DNA of 64,000 nucleotides. Source: Spirochaetota bacterium (GTDB lineage: Bacteria > Spirochaetota > UBA4802 > JAFGJZ01). The notes beneath the pieces are model-generated. The model made no database searches. It had not been told where the DNA came from and worked only from the letters and a program-made list of their open reading frames with translations. A program made the position numbers and the translations under genes. Numbering within the stretch: position 1 is the stretch's first letter; each line of letters starts with the position of its first letter. The DNA is taken from the NCBI GenBank assembly GCA_027858855.1, contig JAQIBV010000021.1, positions 2,816-66,815 of the forward strand. The letters are read 5' to 3'. Below, piece by piece: positions 47,996 to 58,203 of this stretch.

Positions 47996-49267
47996 ATGAT
48001 TGTTTACAAATTCGGTGGGGCGTCTGTTAAAGATGCTCTCTCTTTTCAAACCGTTGCAAATATAATATCCAATAATTACACAAAGAATGAAACCATAATA
48101 ATCATTATCTCGGCAATGGGCAAAACAACAAATCTTATAGAAAAAATTACTGAGGCTTATTTTGAGAATAACCAGAAAAGTCTTTACTCTCTTTTATCTC
48201 AGCTTGCCGAGTTCCATCTCTTACACTGCCGTAAGCTTTTTCATAACAACATCAGCCTTATTGATTCTGTTTCTCAACTACTTTCGGATCTTGAATCTAG
48301 GCTTAAGCAAAAACCTTCAGAAAACTATAACTATGAGTATGATCAGATTGTTTCCTATGGTGAGCTCCTCTCGTCAAATATTCTTTCCCTTTTTTTGCAA
48401 AATTCCGGATTTTCCAATACACTGCTTGATTCAAGAAGACTGATACGCACAGACTCAACTTATCGAAGCGCACATGTTGAATGGGAGACTACAACCGCAT
48501 TAATACAAAAAGCTATTCTGACACAAACCGGCAACCTCTATGTTACCCAGGGTTTTATAGGAGGAACCGCAGAAAACATTACCACAACCCTTGGAAGAGA
48601 AGGTTCTGATTTCAGTGCATCAATTTATGCATTTTGCTGTAATGCCAGAGAAGTCACTATCTGGAAAGATGTTCCCGGAGTGTTGAACGCCGATCCTCTT
48701 CATTTTCCGGATGCTGAAAAAATGGACTATCTTTCTTACCATGATGCAATTGAGCTGTCCTATTATGGAGCTAAAGTAATTCACCCCAAAACAGTAAAAC
48801 CCCTGCAAAACAGAGGTATTCCCCTGTTTGTAAAATCATTCCTGAATCCGCTGCAAAGTGGAACAAAAATATCGGAGTTTTCACCTGAAACAAAAACTCC
48901 CTCCTTCATAATAAAAAAAGACCAGACTCTGTTAACAATATCACCCAGGGATTTCTCTTTTATTGCTGAAAACCACCTGGGGTTTATTTTCCAACAACTC
49001 GCAGATCTAACTCTTACGATTAACATGATGCAAAACAGCGCACTCTCGTTTTCACTTTGTCTTGACACAAATAACGCCATTAATACTTTATTAAACAGAT
49101 TGACAGACACCTTTTCAGTAAGATATAATGAAAATACCGAACTGATTACGATCTGGCATTACGACACAGACACAATCGACAAATTAACTACTAACTGCCG
49201 AATTCTTCTTGAAGAAAGGACGCGTCATACAGTTCAATTTTTAATTAAAAGTGAGATATTATCATGA
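47996..49267 (+). CDS. lysC: aspartate kinase
   Basis: Amino-acid kinase fold: MIVYKFGGASV, IIIISAMGKTTN, TLGREGSDFSAS; 423 aa. Confidence 0.85.
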   Translation: MIVYKFGGASVKDALSFQTVANIISNNYTKNETIIIIISAMGKTTNLIEKITEAYFENNQKSLYSLLSQLAEFHLLHCRKLFHNNISLIDSVSQLLSDLESRLKQKPSENYNYEYDQIVSYGELLSSNILSLFLQNSGFSNTLLDSRRLIRTDSTYRSAHVEWETTTALIQKAILTQTGNLYVTQGFIGGTAENITTTLGREGSDFSASIYAFCCNAREVTIWKDVPGVLNADPLHFPDAEKMDYLSYHDAIELSYYGAKVIHPKTVKPLQNRGIPLFVKSFLNPLQSGTKISEFSPETKTPSFIIKKDQTLLTISPRDFSFIAENHLGFIFQQLADLTLTINMMQNSALSFSLCLDTNNAINTLLNRLTDTFSVRYNENTELITIWHYDTDTIDKLTTNCRILLEERTRHTVQFLIKSEILS

Positions 49268-49653
49268 CTACTATAAATGTAAAAACGACACATAGCAACC
49301 AGATGATTGATATTACTGCCGATGTACGCAAGGCCATCAGAGATTCAGATACCTCCGATGGCCTTTGTATAGTATATACCCCGCATACAACGGCAGCAAT
49401 AACAATTAACGAAAATGCTGACCCAGATGTTGTCACAGACATGATTGATGGCTTAAACAGCCTCGGTTTTAAAAACCTCTCTTTCCGCCATATGGAAGGC
49501 AATTCGGAAAGCCACCTGAAATCTTCGCTGATTGGATGTTCAGAACAAGTCATCATTGAAAGTGGTTCTCCGGTTCTCGGAACATGGCAGGGAATCTATT
49601 TTTGTGAATTTGACGGACCACGAACCCGAAAGGTTTTTATCAAAATTATTTGA
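49264..49653 (+). CDS. yjbQ: YjbQ/UPF0047 family secondary thiamine-phosphate synthase-like protein
   Basis: 129 aa; GLCIVYTPHTTAAITINENADPDV motif; ATGA overlap with lysC. Confidence 0.8.
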   Translation: MTTINVKTTHSNQMIDITADVRKAIRDSDTSDGLCIVYTPHTTAAITINENADPDVVTDMIDGLNSLGFKNLSFRHMEGNSESHLKSSLIGCSEQVIIESGSPVLGTWQGIYFCEFDGPRTRKVFIKII

Positions 49654-49724
49654 TTATCAGAATAAAGAGTATCTGTAAAACGACTACAAAACAGAACTTT
49701 CCAAAACAAACCCAGGAAATTATT

Positions 49725-50306
49725 ATGAAGAAATTATTGCTGCTTTTTGCTTTTTGTTTTATCACCTTTTCCTTATGGGCCGAACCCAACATTAACCAGA
49801 ATAGTTCAGAAAAAGCCGGAATGTCTTGGGGCTTGAAACTGATGCACCTCGATTTTGAAAAAAGTGATTTTTATATTGCAAGTCTCCCCGCCTTTGAGTA
49901 CCAATCACAACTCTTTATTAAAGGACTCAATTTATACACAGCCACAAATATCACATGGGGACTTAGTGATTTTTTCATGGATTTTGGTTTTGGCACAGGA
50001 CTTCGATATTATCCATTAGGTAACCGAAGTCTCAGCTTTTATGCTGGAGGGGAAGCTGCAACTTTTTTCTTTAACAATGCAACTCTGACCGGCAGAGTTG
50101 GTTCTGACATTGATTTTAATATAAATCATGAATCGAGTGTTTTTTTAGGGGCGGAGTTGTTTCAAAGAAAAGTTTATCGCTTAGTGGAATATATTGATTC
50201 TAGCCACTGGTATATTTCATCCAGAGGGTGGGCTATTAACGGAGGGTTCAGAGTCCGCTTTAATCTCGTTGAGCGGGGATTAAAAGAACTTCCGAAAACC
50301 CTATAA
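49725..50306 (+). CDS. small outer-membrane beta-barrel protein
   Basis: Signal peptide MKKLLLLFAFCFITFSLWA; alternating amphipathic beta-strands; start re-called at internal ATG. Confidence 0.5.
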   Translation: MKKLLLLFAFCFITFSLWAEPNINQNSSEKAGMSWGLKLMHLDFEKSDFYIASLPAFEYQSQLFIKGLNLYTATNITWGLSDFFMDFGFGTGLRYYPLGNRSLSFYAGGEAATFFFNNATLTGRVGSDIDFNINHESSVFLGAELFQRKVYRLVEYIDSSHWYISSRGWAINGGFRVRFNLVERGLKELPKTL

Positions 50307-50331
50307 GCCAAATTTTAAAAGTGAGCCCATA

Positions 50332-50745
50332 ATGATAAGAACAATACCTGTTTTACTTCTTATTACCTTAGTTTTTATGATATCATGTGAATCAACAGAA
50401 TTAGATCCTCAATTTGAAGTCGAGGATATCTTTCTCTCTGATATCATAAATATTGAAGCAGAACCCAGAACCGGTTTCTATTTTGTCTTCTCTCCTGAAA
50501 AAACAGCACTCTATACCATAGGTCTGTACGAACAGACCTGTGATTTTGACCTGACAATTGGCCTTTATGATGAAAGTGATTTATTTATAGACCAGGACGT
50601 TCTATACTCAAGTAAACACCCTTCGTTAATAGACGAACTTCTTGAAGACATTGAACTGGATAGTGATGTACAGTATCTGATAGAAGTCTGGAACTATTCT
50701 GATAATCAAGGAACAACCATACTTACAATCACGGAAAACGAATAA
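50332..50745 (+). CDS. hypothetical lipoprotein
   Basis: MIRTIPVLLLITLVFMISCEST lipobox; acidic mature part. Confidence 0.45.
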   Translation: MIRTIPVLLLITLVFMISCESTELDPQFEVEDIFLSDIINIEAEPRTGFYFVFSPEKTALYTIGLYEQTCDFDLTIGLYDESDLFIDQDVLYSSKHPSLIDELLEDIELDSDVQYLIEVWNYSDNQGTTILTITENE

Positions 50746-50748
50746 TAA

Positions 50749-52335
50749 ATGAAAAAACCATATATAATCACAACATATCTGTTTATATCTTCACTTCTTT
50801 TTGCAAATGGTGCTGAAATAGTCTATAAAAATTCCCACGAATACCGAATGATCGAATTCAATCTGATTGAAAAAGGCAAAGCTGCACCTGGAAACGGACA
50901 AGCTATAACACGCCAGGAATTATATTCACGATTTTCTAATAACGCTACACCTCAAAATAGCGGCTTTTCCCTCTCAGGAAATCTAACTGTAACGCCCTAT
51001 GGCGCTCTCTATTTCAGTCCCTACGCCTCTTATGATAAAGTCTATCCGCTTAAGATGGTCTATCTTCATGACCGAGCACCGAATATTCTAAAAGCAACAG
51101 GTTATCTTGCTCTTGACGACACCCTTTTTGCAAAATTTACATATGACATAGCCTCTACTTCTAAAACACTTTCAGACGGTCTTGGCACTATTCACCCTCT
51201 ATCAGCTGACTGTTATAACCCAACTGATTCCCCCAGTGAAGCCTATCTCTCTTATTCCCAAGAACACCTTAGCTTAACCATTGGACGATTCCAGGCTGGT
51301 ATTGGTCATGGCCTGATGGGAAATACTTTTCAGAACGGGCATGCTCCTTATTATGATCAACTGCAATTAAACATCTATAATCAAATGTTTAAGTTTTATT
51401 ACATGTTAGGATCATCCAATCATCAACTAAACAAAGACGAAAAATTTATTCAGGACAGAAGGTCTAACTTCTCTGATTATAGTAAGTCTTGGGGAGGCGC
51501 TTCTAACTCTCATCATAAATATTCTAAACCTGCAGATAATTACAAGGTGTTCGCCTTTCATCGAGTAGAAATTCATCCAACCGACAAGCTGACTCTTGGT
51601 GTTGGAGAAATGAATCTAATTGGCGGAAAGTTTCCAGACTTTAATCAGATAAACCCTCTTACTGTTTACCACAACACCTACGACCCTGATTATCGAAGTT
51701 ACACCTTTTCATTCGACACAACATATGTGCCTACAGCCCGGCACCTTTTATTTAGCGAGTTATTAATAAATGAAATCCGGGCTCCAGGTGAGCGTAACGA
51801 AGATCCAACCGCTTTAGGAGGGCAAATTGGCTACTGGTATATTTTACCAATTCAGGGAACAACAAAACATCGTATTGCCATCGAAGCTACACATATTAAT
51901 ACCTGGACCTACTCAGATGCAGTTCCCTATTTAACAATGTATCAGCGTCAATACCGAAGTCAGTTTGTTTATGACATTCCACTGGGTTATAGTTTTGGTG
52001 GGGACTGTGAGCAATTTTCAATAATCTATACATTGATATCCTCAAAAGGGTCAATGGTAGATATATCGCTTTCACATCTGGCAAAAGGAGAGGTTAATTT
52101 TCTGGCATTAGAAGATAACACCATGCCCTACGAAAAGGCCCGAAAATGGCAGGCTCGCCCCTCCGGAACTGTAGAAAGATGGAACTCTATTGATATTGAT
52201 GCTGAAATTAAACTGGACTCTTCAAAAAGTTTACAGACCACAGCTAACTATAGCTACATCCAAAACTTTAATCACGAAAATAGCAATAACCGTCATCTGT
52301 TCTTTTTAGCTTCAGGGATTTCCTGGCATTTCTGA
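50749..52335 (+). CDS. hypothetical outer-membrane protein (signal peptide, C-terminal aromatic residue)
   Basis: MKKPYIITTYLFISSLLFANG signal; ends ...SGISWHF (OMP C-terminal Phe signature). Confidence 0.5.
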   Translation: MKKPYIITTYLFISSLLFANGAEIVYKNSHEYRMIEFNLIEKGKAAPGNGQAITRQELYSRFSNNATPQNSGFSLSGNLTVTPYGALYFSPYASYDKVYPLKMVYLHDRAPNILKATGYLALDDTLFAKFTYDIASTSKTLSDGLGTIHPLSADCYNPTDSPSEAYLSYSQEHLSLTIGRFQAGIGHGLMGNTFQNGHAPYYDQLQLNIYNQMFKFYYMLGSSNHQLNKDEKFIQDRRSNFSDYSKSWGGASNSHHKYSKPADNYKVFAFHRVEIHPTDKLTLGVGEMNLIGGKFPDFNQINPLTVYHNTYDPDYRSYTFSFDTTYVPTARHLLFSELLINEIRAPGERNEDPTALGGQIGYWYILPIQGTTKHRIAIEATHINTWTYSDAVPYLTMYQRQYRSQFVYDIPLGYSFGGDCEQFSIIYTLISSKGSMVDISLSHLAKGEVNFLALEDNTMPYEKARKWQARPSGTVERWNSIDIDAEIKLDSSKSLQTTANYSYIQNFNHENSNNRHLFFLASGISWHF

Positions 52336-52411
52336 TAAATTTTATATGAATCTACACTTTCTGCTGTGTGATTTAATTTATAAAAACTGCTGTTTTCATT
52401 ATGGCTCTTGC

Positions 52412-53269
52412 TTATAAATCTAAATTTCCGGGAATTTTATTTTTTCCAGAAGCACTATTCGCAAGTACTTCCTGATAATAGTCTAAAAGCTTTTGCTGGT
52501 TCTCCTCTTTCCAGAATGCTGCGGAATGCTTGCAATCAAACGTCCAGAACTCTTTCTCTTTTGTAGGTATTTGGCTGAATATCTGCTGGCCAAGAAAATA
52601 AGGAACTGTAGTGTCCTGCCTGCAATGTGAAACAAGTACACTATTTTCACGTAACTTTGGATAGGTTCTGAACGGTTCGTACAAATCACTAATTACAATT
52701 GAACCTATTGGTATTTTAACATAAAACTGACCATGATAATCAGCAACATCACGGTAGGATGGGAAAGTACAGTCTAGATGAATCAGACTGATTGCATCAA
52801 TACTATCAAAACCATCCAGACTGCTGGAAAGTACAGCACCTCCCAACGATTGTCCAAGAGTAATCAACGGTAAGTCTGATTCAATAGCCAGTTGATGTGC
52901 ATAATTGAGCATGGCAATACCATCTTTATAGAGAGAACTCCGGGATGCTGCACCCTCCGACTTGCCGTATCCGCTGTAATCAAATACAATATATGTATAG
53001 CCTGACTCATATAAAAAGAAGAACGTTCGATATAAATATGAGATATTACGTGAATTACCATGAAAAAAGAGAACCACAGCCTTAGGATTATCCGGCTGAA
53101 AAACAAAGGTGTGAAGCCTGTTTCCGCTAGAAGAGGCAACAAAGAGCTCCTTCTGACGAGGAGGAATCGGTTTTGAAGAGAACTCTTTTTTTGGATAATA
53201 AAATAGAGAATCACACGAAACAATACAAAAAAACAGAACAAGAATAAGAAACCCCAACACATACCTCAT
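52412..53269 (-). CDS. alpha/beta-hydrolase lipoprotein
   Basis: Lipobox FFCIVSCDS; nucleophile elbow GQSLGG. Confidence 0.7.
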   Translation of the reverse strand: MRYVLGFLILVLFFCIVSCDSLFYYPKKEFSSKPIPPRQKELFVASSSGNRLHTFVFQPDNPKAVVLFFHGNSRNISYLYRTFFFLYESGYTYIVFDYSGYGKSEGAASRSSLYKDGIAMLNYAHQLAIESDLPLITLGQSLGGAVLSSSLDGFDSIDAISLIHLDCTFPSYRDVADYHGQFYVKIPIGSIVISDLYEPFRTYPKLRENSVLVSHCRQDTTVPYFLGQQIFSQIPTKEKEFWTFDCKHSAAFWKEENQQKLLDYYQEVLANSASGKNKIPGNLDL

Positions 53270-53465
53270 ATTTTCTTCACCACCAATTCATCTGGATTCA
53301 ATGATACTTCTTCAATTCTTTCCATCATCTTTTATCAAACAAGTGTTTATTTTGTAATAAACCCTCTTTAATCATTTAATGCTAATAAAATCTACAAAAA
53401 TTAATAATTGACAATCATCTGTTTACCCATATCTTTTTTATGGGCGCTTTTCAAGGGAGGGAATC

Positions 53466-54089
53466 ATGAGAATAAATACGGAAATGAATACCCGTGTACA
53501 GGGGTATGAAACAAAAAAAAACAATGTGTCTGTTTCTTCCGAAAACAGACCTGTACAGAAGCAAAATGCTACACAAGGTGGAAACGTGCGTGACATGTCA
53601 AACGCCTTAATGATTATGCAAAAAGCTCAGGTAATCGTTCAAAGAGCCTTAACAGCTTCATCCCGTCTGCAGAATATGGCAATGGGTACCATTACCAGTA
53701 ATCCAGCGGAATATGAACAGATAGGCCAAGAGCTTCGTTCGGTAAATGCATCACTGGAGGGATTCAGTGTTCCGGTTACTGCTCTTCCGGCAGCACGCGA
53801 AATTGCTTCAAATGAAATTCCTCAAATGAGGGAAAACATGCAGGCATTAACTCAGGTGGCAGATAATCAGGCCAGAGGTAATGACCAGACTCAACAGTTA
53901 AAGCAGATATCCGGAAATTTTCGAAATCAGGCAGATAGAATTGAAGCTTTGGAGGACCGGATCGGTACAACCTATGGTGCTCGAAAAGCCTCTGTTTCAG
54001 ATGTTGCAGGTCTTATAAGCTCGAACGCACAGGCAGCAATCAGCGCTCAGGGTAATATTCAAGCTGAGCGGGTAGGCAATTTAATTTAG
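53466..54089 (+). CDS. hypothetical Q/A/N-rich coiled-coil protein
   Basis: Strong SD GGGAGGGA; low-complexity helical sequence; contains A9 homopolymer at about 53512-53520 inside CDS. Confidence 0.5.
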   Translation: MRINTEMNTRVQGYETKKNNVSVSSENRPVQKQNATQGGNVRDMSNALMIMQKAQVIVQRALTASSRLQNMAMGTITSNPAEYEQIGQELRSVNASLEGFSVPVTALPAAREIASNEIPQMRENMQALTQVADNQARGNDQTQQLKQISGNFRNQADRIEALEDRIGTTYGARKASVSDVAGLISSNAQAAISAQGNIQAERVGNLI

Positions 54090-54146
54090 GGTAATATTAC
54101 TAGAGAAATTCGGAAAAATACCAAAGAATTTTCAACAAGAAACAAT

Positions 54147-54175
54147 CGGATTTTACAGGTAATCTGCAAAATCCG
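54147..54175 (+). terminator. 8-bp stem hairpin (cggatttt...aaaatccg) between 53466 gene and ybjN-like gene; possible partial terminator/attenuator
   Basis: Seen directly. Confidence 0.4.
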
Positions 54176-54202
54176 ATATTTACTTATTATGGTAGGGAAA
54201 AA

Positions 54203-54610
54203 ATGCAGATTTTTGACGGATTTATTGCGGCCATTGCCGCAGAATTTAACATTAGGTTTCACAAAAAAGAAGAAGGCTCTTACATAACAACTATTGAATT
54301 TGAAAACGACAGGCAAAAAGAGGTTCTTGTTATGCTCTCCTGGGATGAGGCAGAAGACAGAATGATCCACTTCTACTCTTCTGTTGCTTCTTTTAAGGCC
54401 GATGATGGTGAGCTTTTCAAATACGCCCTGGAAACGAATGCGACACTCGACTACGCGGCCCTATCTATCATCGAAGACTCACTTGTCCTTAGAGGGGCTC
54501 TTCTTCTAGAGGAGTGTGAACCAAAACGATTTATGAAATCTTTAGTTTATATTGCAGCTAAGTCTGATGAACTTGTGGAACTTCTTCTGGAAAAACAGAT
54601 GGTAGACTAG
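54203..54610 (+). CDS. YbjN / type-III-secretion-chaperone-like (CesT fold) protein
   Basis: 135 aa acidic protein; pattern of alternating hydrophobics typical of YbjN/SycE-like chaperone family; SD GGTAGGGAAAAA. Confidence 0.45.
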   Translation: MQIFDGFIAAIAAEFNIRFHKKEEGSYITTIEFENDRQKEVLVMLSWDEAEDRMIHFYSSVASFKADDGELFKYALETNATLDYAALSIIEDSLVLRGALLLEECEPKRFMKSLVYIAAKSDELVELLLEKQMVD

Positions 54611-54906
54611 CCGCATCATCATGAAAGAAAAAACACTTTATCACTCTGGATTTATTTGCTGGTTCTCTATACTAAATTGAAGTCCCATTTGCAGGATCAG
54701 ATCAAAAAGCGGGCAGACTACGAGAAAGGGTTCACCTTTTGACGCAAAAAAAAGTAGCTATCCTCCGAAGCATTGTTGTTATAGTAAAGGATACCAGTGA
54801 TCATTATGAAGTTATCGCCTAAATTTAAACGACGACTAAACCATAGAAACGCCGATCATAATCCAATATGGTACCGCTAATAAATTTTTTTGGAGTTGTA
54901 ACTAAA

Positions 54907-56091
54907 ATGAAATATTTAGCGTATGTCTCTTTTTTACTTATTTTTACTATTATTACATCCTGCTCGTCTGGACTGATAGTCGGTGGATCCTCCACAAAAA
55001 CCGCTATTGGTTCTGCCCAAATAATCAATAATAACCAAAATAGAGCCAAGCAAGAAGCAATTAATAATGCTCTTCATAACATTATTAAAGACAGCCTTAA
55101 GCAGGAAGAATTGCTGTTAAAATATAGGCTCGTTGAGACCATTGTTCCCGCTGAAAAAAGTGGAATGATTATCAGCTGGTCTCTTGAAGACGAAAAAGAT
55201 AAGGATGGATTTTATTTTGTAAAAGTCAGAGGTAAAGTAAACCAGGAAAAGGTACGATCAACAATAACCAATACTTTTTTAAAATACGGGTCTCCACGCG
55301 TGGCTGTTGTAGTTAAAGAAACAATCGAAGAAAACCCCTCTAATCCATTCGATTCAATGGCAACCGCCATTATTTTGACACTTTTAAAGGATGCAGGCAT
55401 AGAGTGTGTAGAGAATTCTCAACTTATTGCTTTAACTGATAAAGAAAAAAAAGAACTAAGCACAATAGTCGGAGGGAAGGTTGGTTTAACAAATCAGGAT
55501 TTTCTTAATGAAACTCTCAAAGCCGATATACTCGTTACCGGTTCAGTGGAAATCTCAGATCAGACTGAAGTTCTTGATGACTATAATTCTAAAATGAAAT
55601 CGAAGATAGCACTTGTTAATCTTCGAGCTATTGATACAACAACCGGAAGAATTCTTGCAGCTGCATCAGAATCAGGCACCGGAGTGCATATCAACGACAA
55701 ACTGGCACACCAAAACGCGCTTAAAGCTGCTCTTTCTCATCCATCGCTATTAGGAGCCGAATCGATACAAGCTGGCAGGTTTATCAGAAACATCATCACT
55801 GCGTATATACTAACCACCGTCAACCGCGAAATATCGGTAACGACCATTGGCTTGGATAAGAAAGAGACTCAACTCTTTTACGATAAACTTGCTGAGCATA
55901 TCTATGGCATTACACCAAAAGACGAACCGAAGCCGTCAAACGGATCAACAACACTTACTGTACAATATACCGGTGAAAGCAAACGCCTTGCCTCAGAGAT
56001 AATTGATCTCAATAAGAAACTTGGTTATAATATAAAAGTCGAGTCTATCAAAACCAGAGAAATAATTATCCGGGTTACTCCCGCAGAATAA
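54907..56091 (+). CDS. CsgG/FlgO-like periplasmic lipoprotein (putative)
   Basis: Lipobox MKYLAYVSFLLIFTIITSCSSG; two CsgG-like repeats (...VTGSVEISDQ..., ...LRAIDTTTGRILAAASESGTG...). Confidence 0.45.
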   Translation: MKYLAYVSFLLIFTIITSCSSGLIVGGSSTKTAIGSAQIINNNQNRAKQEAINNALHNIIKDSLKQEELLLKYRLVETIVPAEKSGMIISWSLEDEKDKDGFYFVKVRGKVNQEKVRSTITNTFLKYGSPRVAVVVKETIEENPSNPFDSMATAIILTLLKDAGIECVENSQLIALTDKEKKELSTIVGGKVGLTNQDFLNETLKADILVTGSVEISDQTEVLDDYNSKMKSKIALVNLRAIDTTTGRILAAASESGTGVHINDKLAHQNALKAALSHPSLLGAESIQAGRFIRNIITAYILTTVNREISVTTIGLDKKETQLFYDKLAEHIYGITPKDEPKPSNGSTTLTVQYTGESKRLASEIIDLNKKLGYNIKVESIKTREIIIRVTPAE

Positions 56092-56163
56092 AGATCATTC
56101 AGCAACGTAAACACCTACAAGAAATTAAAAGCTCGACTATTAAAAGTGATTTCTATTTGCTAT

Positions 56164-58203
56164 TCATAAACCGAACTTTTTCACAAGGTATACGGTGTTT
56201 CCACCATTATTATATTCGATCGTATCAAATATTGTTTCAGCCATCTTAATCCCTCGCCCATTAAAGAGTTCCTTTTTATACGCTTGTGTAGAATAGTCCT
56301 TATAATCAAAACCACTGCCATTATCTGAAATCCAGTATTCAGCCTTTGAGGAAGTAATAGAATAGCTCACCGTTACCGTGGTGTTTTTATACTTTTCTGA
56401 AAGCTGTCTTTCAGAAACTAAGTGGTAATATGAATTTTCACGAAGCGCCTTTGATTTCTCTTCAAAAGAGATATTCAGATTACCATGCTCTATTGAATTA
56501 ATAATTATTTCGCGCAGCCCTACTCTAAGAATATTAATTTCACGTGCTGGTAAGTACTTAACAAGATTACGTGTGATACGATGGGTTAAGTCTTCAGTTA
56601 AAGAAATAAGATTTGGCAATTTATATGTTTGTTTTTCCTCTTCAAAGTATTTTACAAGTTCATCTTGATTAATAACAATAATTCGTCCCATAATTTCTAT
56701 TTTATCACCAAATTTCATTATCTGACAATTCAAAATCGCATTTATTGGTTCCGTAGAGTTTATAGATTTAAGTTGTATCCTCAATGAAAGCGGTTCCCCG
56801 GTTTCAATCATCAATTCAAGACGCTCTGTAAGGATATTTAAAGCTAACCTGTCTTTGTCTGACTCCTGGTACAATATCGACCGAATAGTAATATCATTTT
56901 GAAGCAGAGAACCTGTGTTTTTTTTCATTGCCCTATTCATACTTAAAACGGTATAATCTGAGTCCATTGTGAAAATCAAATCCTTCGATGACTCGACAAG
57001 TATTCTGTATTTTTTTTCTGATAATGCTAAATTATTATAGGCCAGCAGAAGATTAGTATGGAAAACTTTAACTTGCTGATTCAGATTACTGAACCGCTTA
57101 AACACTAGGTACAAATTACAACCAAGAAACAGAAAAAAACCGACACTCAAAAGATATATTGGCATAGGAAAGCCGAAATAATGCGCGAATAGATCTATCA
57201 TTCCAAACATACTAAGCAATAAGGCGCCTGTTATAATAACTTTAATCTCTTTTTTACTATTTCGAAATTGCTTAACAGTTAAAAACATAAAGAAATTGGC
57301 TCCGGGCAATATAGCAATTGCAAAATACTGAAAAGACTTTTCATAACTGAAAAGCTTGAATGAAGCCATAATTGGAACTAAAAATGCATATAACCAATAC
57401 AAACCTAAAATGGCTTGTTTGGTTATTTTATACCCTTTAATTAATTCAGAAATATAGCTGAAAAGAAATAATGCAAAAAGGTAAATTGAGGCACAATGTA
57501 TAAAAAACAGCGCCTGGTTATACTCGGGAGGAAAGAGAGAATAGACAGCTCTTGAACGGAAAACAACAAAAAGAGAAAAGAAAATCGACATCAACCCAAC
57601 AGTTCCATAAAGAGAATCTCGACTGTAAAAACAATAAAACAGAATTAGGGTCAAACCTATAAAAAAGATAATGATGCTTTGCAAATAACTTAAAAATTGA
57701 GACCTGTTGACTTGTGTTATTACAGCAGATTTCGTACCTACTAAAACTGTTTCATAAAGACCAATTGTATGCTGTCTGGAATAGATATGTAAATAAATTT
57801 CGTCACAATTAGTCGGCAGATCAATGTAATGATCGGGAGAACCTATAAATTTCCCCCCATCTGTCACATCGCCGAATTTATATATCTTTCTACCATTTAC
57901 GAATATTTCAAGGTTATGATCTACACGCTGGAGATATAAAACTTCATGTGGTAAATCTGCGTAAGGCACCTTAAGGCGTATCCAGAGATGCGAATTCATT
58001 TTTGACGGCATCTGAAGGTTCGTAAATGATTGCCATTGTAAAGTGCTCATTTTCTTCTTGAACTCTTCCGAAGTTATCCCTTCAGATAAAGCAACATCGC
58101 TATTATAATAGAAACCTTCACCTAAACTTTCAACTACAGAACCATACAGCAGAGATGTCGTGAAGATAAATAGAAAAAGTAAACCGTGAATAATTATTTT
58201 CAA
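56164..58203 (-). CDS. 7TMR-DISM family sensor fused to RsbW/SpoIIAB-like serine-kinase ATPase (HATPase_c_2)
   Basis: Signal peptide, extracellular DISM-like domain, 7 TM helices, C-terminal IINSIEHGN...ISDNGSGF...GRGIKM anti-sigma-factor-kinase-like ATPase; TTG start. Confidence 0.7.
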   Translation of the reverse strand: MKIIIHGLLFLFIFTTSLLYGSVVESLGEGFYYNSDVALSEGITSEEFKKKMSTLQWQSFTNLQMPSKMNSHLWIRLKVPYADLPHEVLYLQRVDHNLEIFVNGRKIYKFGDVTDGGKFIGSPDHYIDLPTNCDEIYLHIYSRQHTIGLYETVLVGTKSAVITQVNRSQFLSYLQSIIIFFIGLTLILFYCFYSRDSLYGTVGLMSIFFSLFVVFRSRAVYSLFPPEYNQALFFIHCASIYLFALFLFSYISELIKGYKITKQAILGLYWLYAFLVPIMASFKLFSYEKSFQYFAIAILPGANFFMFLTVKQFRNSKKEIKVIITGALLLSMFGMIDLFAHYFGFPMPIYLLSVGFFLFLGCNLYLVFKRFSNLNQQVKVFHTNLLLAYNNLALSEKKYRILVESSKDLIFTMDSDYTVLSMNRAMKKNTGSLLQNDITIRSILYQESDKDRLALNILTERLELMIETGEPLSLRIQLKSINSTEPINAILNCQIMKFGDKIEIMGRIIVINQDELVKYFEEEKQTYKLPNLISLTEDLTHRITRNLVKYLPAREINILRVGLREIIINSIEHGNLNISFEEKSKALRENSYYHLVSERQLSEKYKNTTVTVSYSITSSKAEYWISDNGSGFDYKDYSTQAYKKELFNGRGIKMAETIFDTIEYNNGGNTVYLVKKFGL

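Noticed and set aside
53466-54089. Flagellin / FlgM / FlaG identity for the Q-rich protein
   Set aside because: Only compositional resemblance to flagellin termini; no conserved flagellin N/C motifs and wrong length for FlgM
54611-54906. Tiny basic ORFs (MKEKTLYHSGFICWFSILN; MKLSPKFKRRLNHRNADHNPIWYR) and minus ORF 54825..55049
   Set aside because: No RBS support or domain; minus ORF overlaps start of the lipoprotein gene
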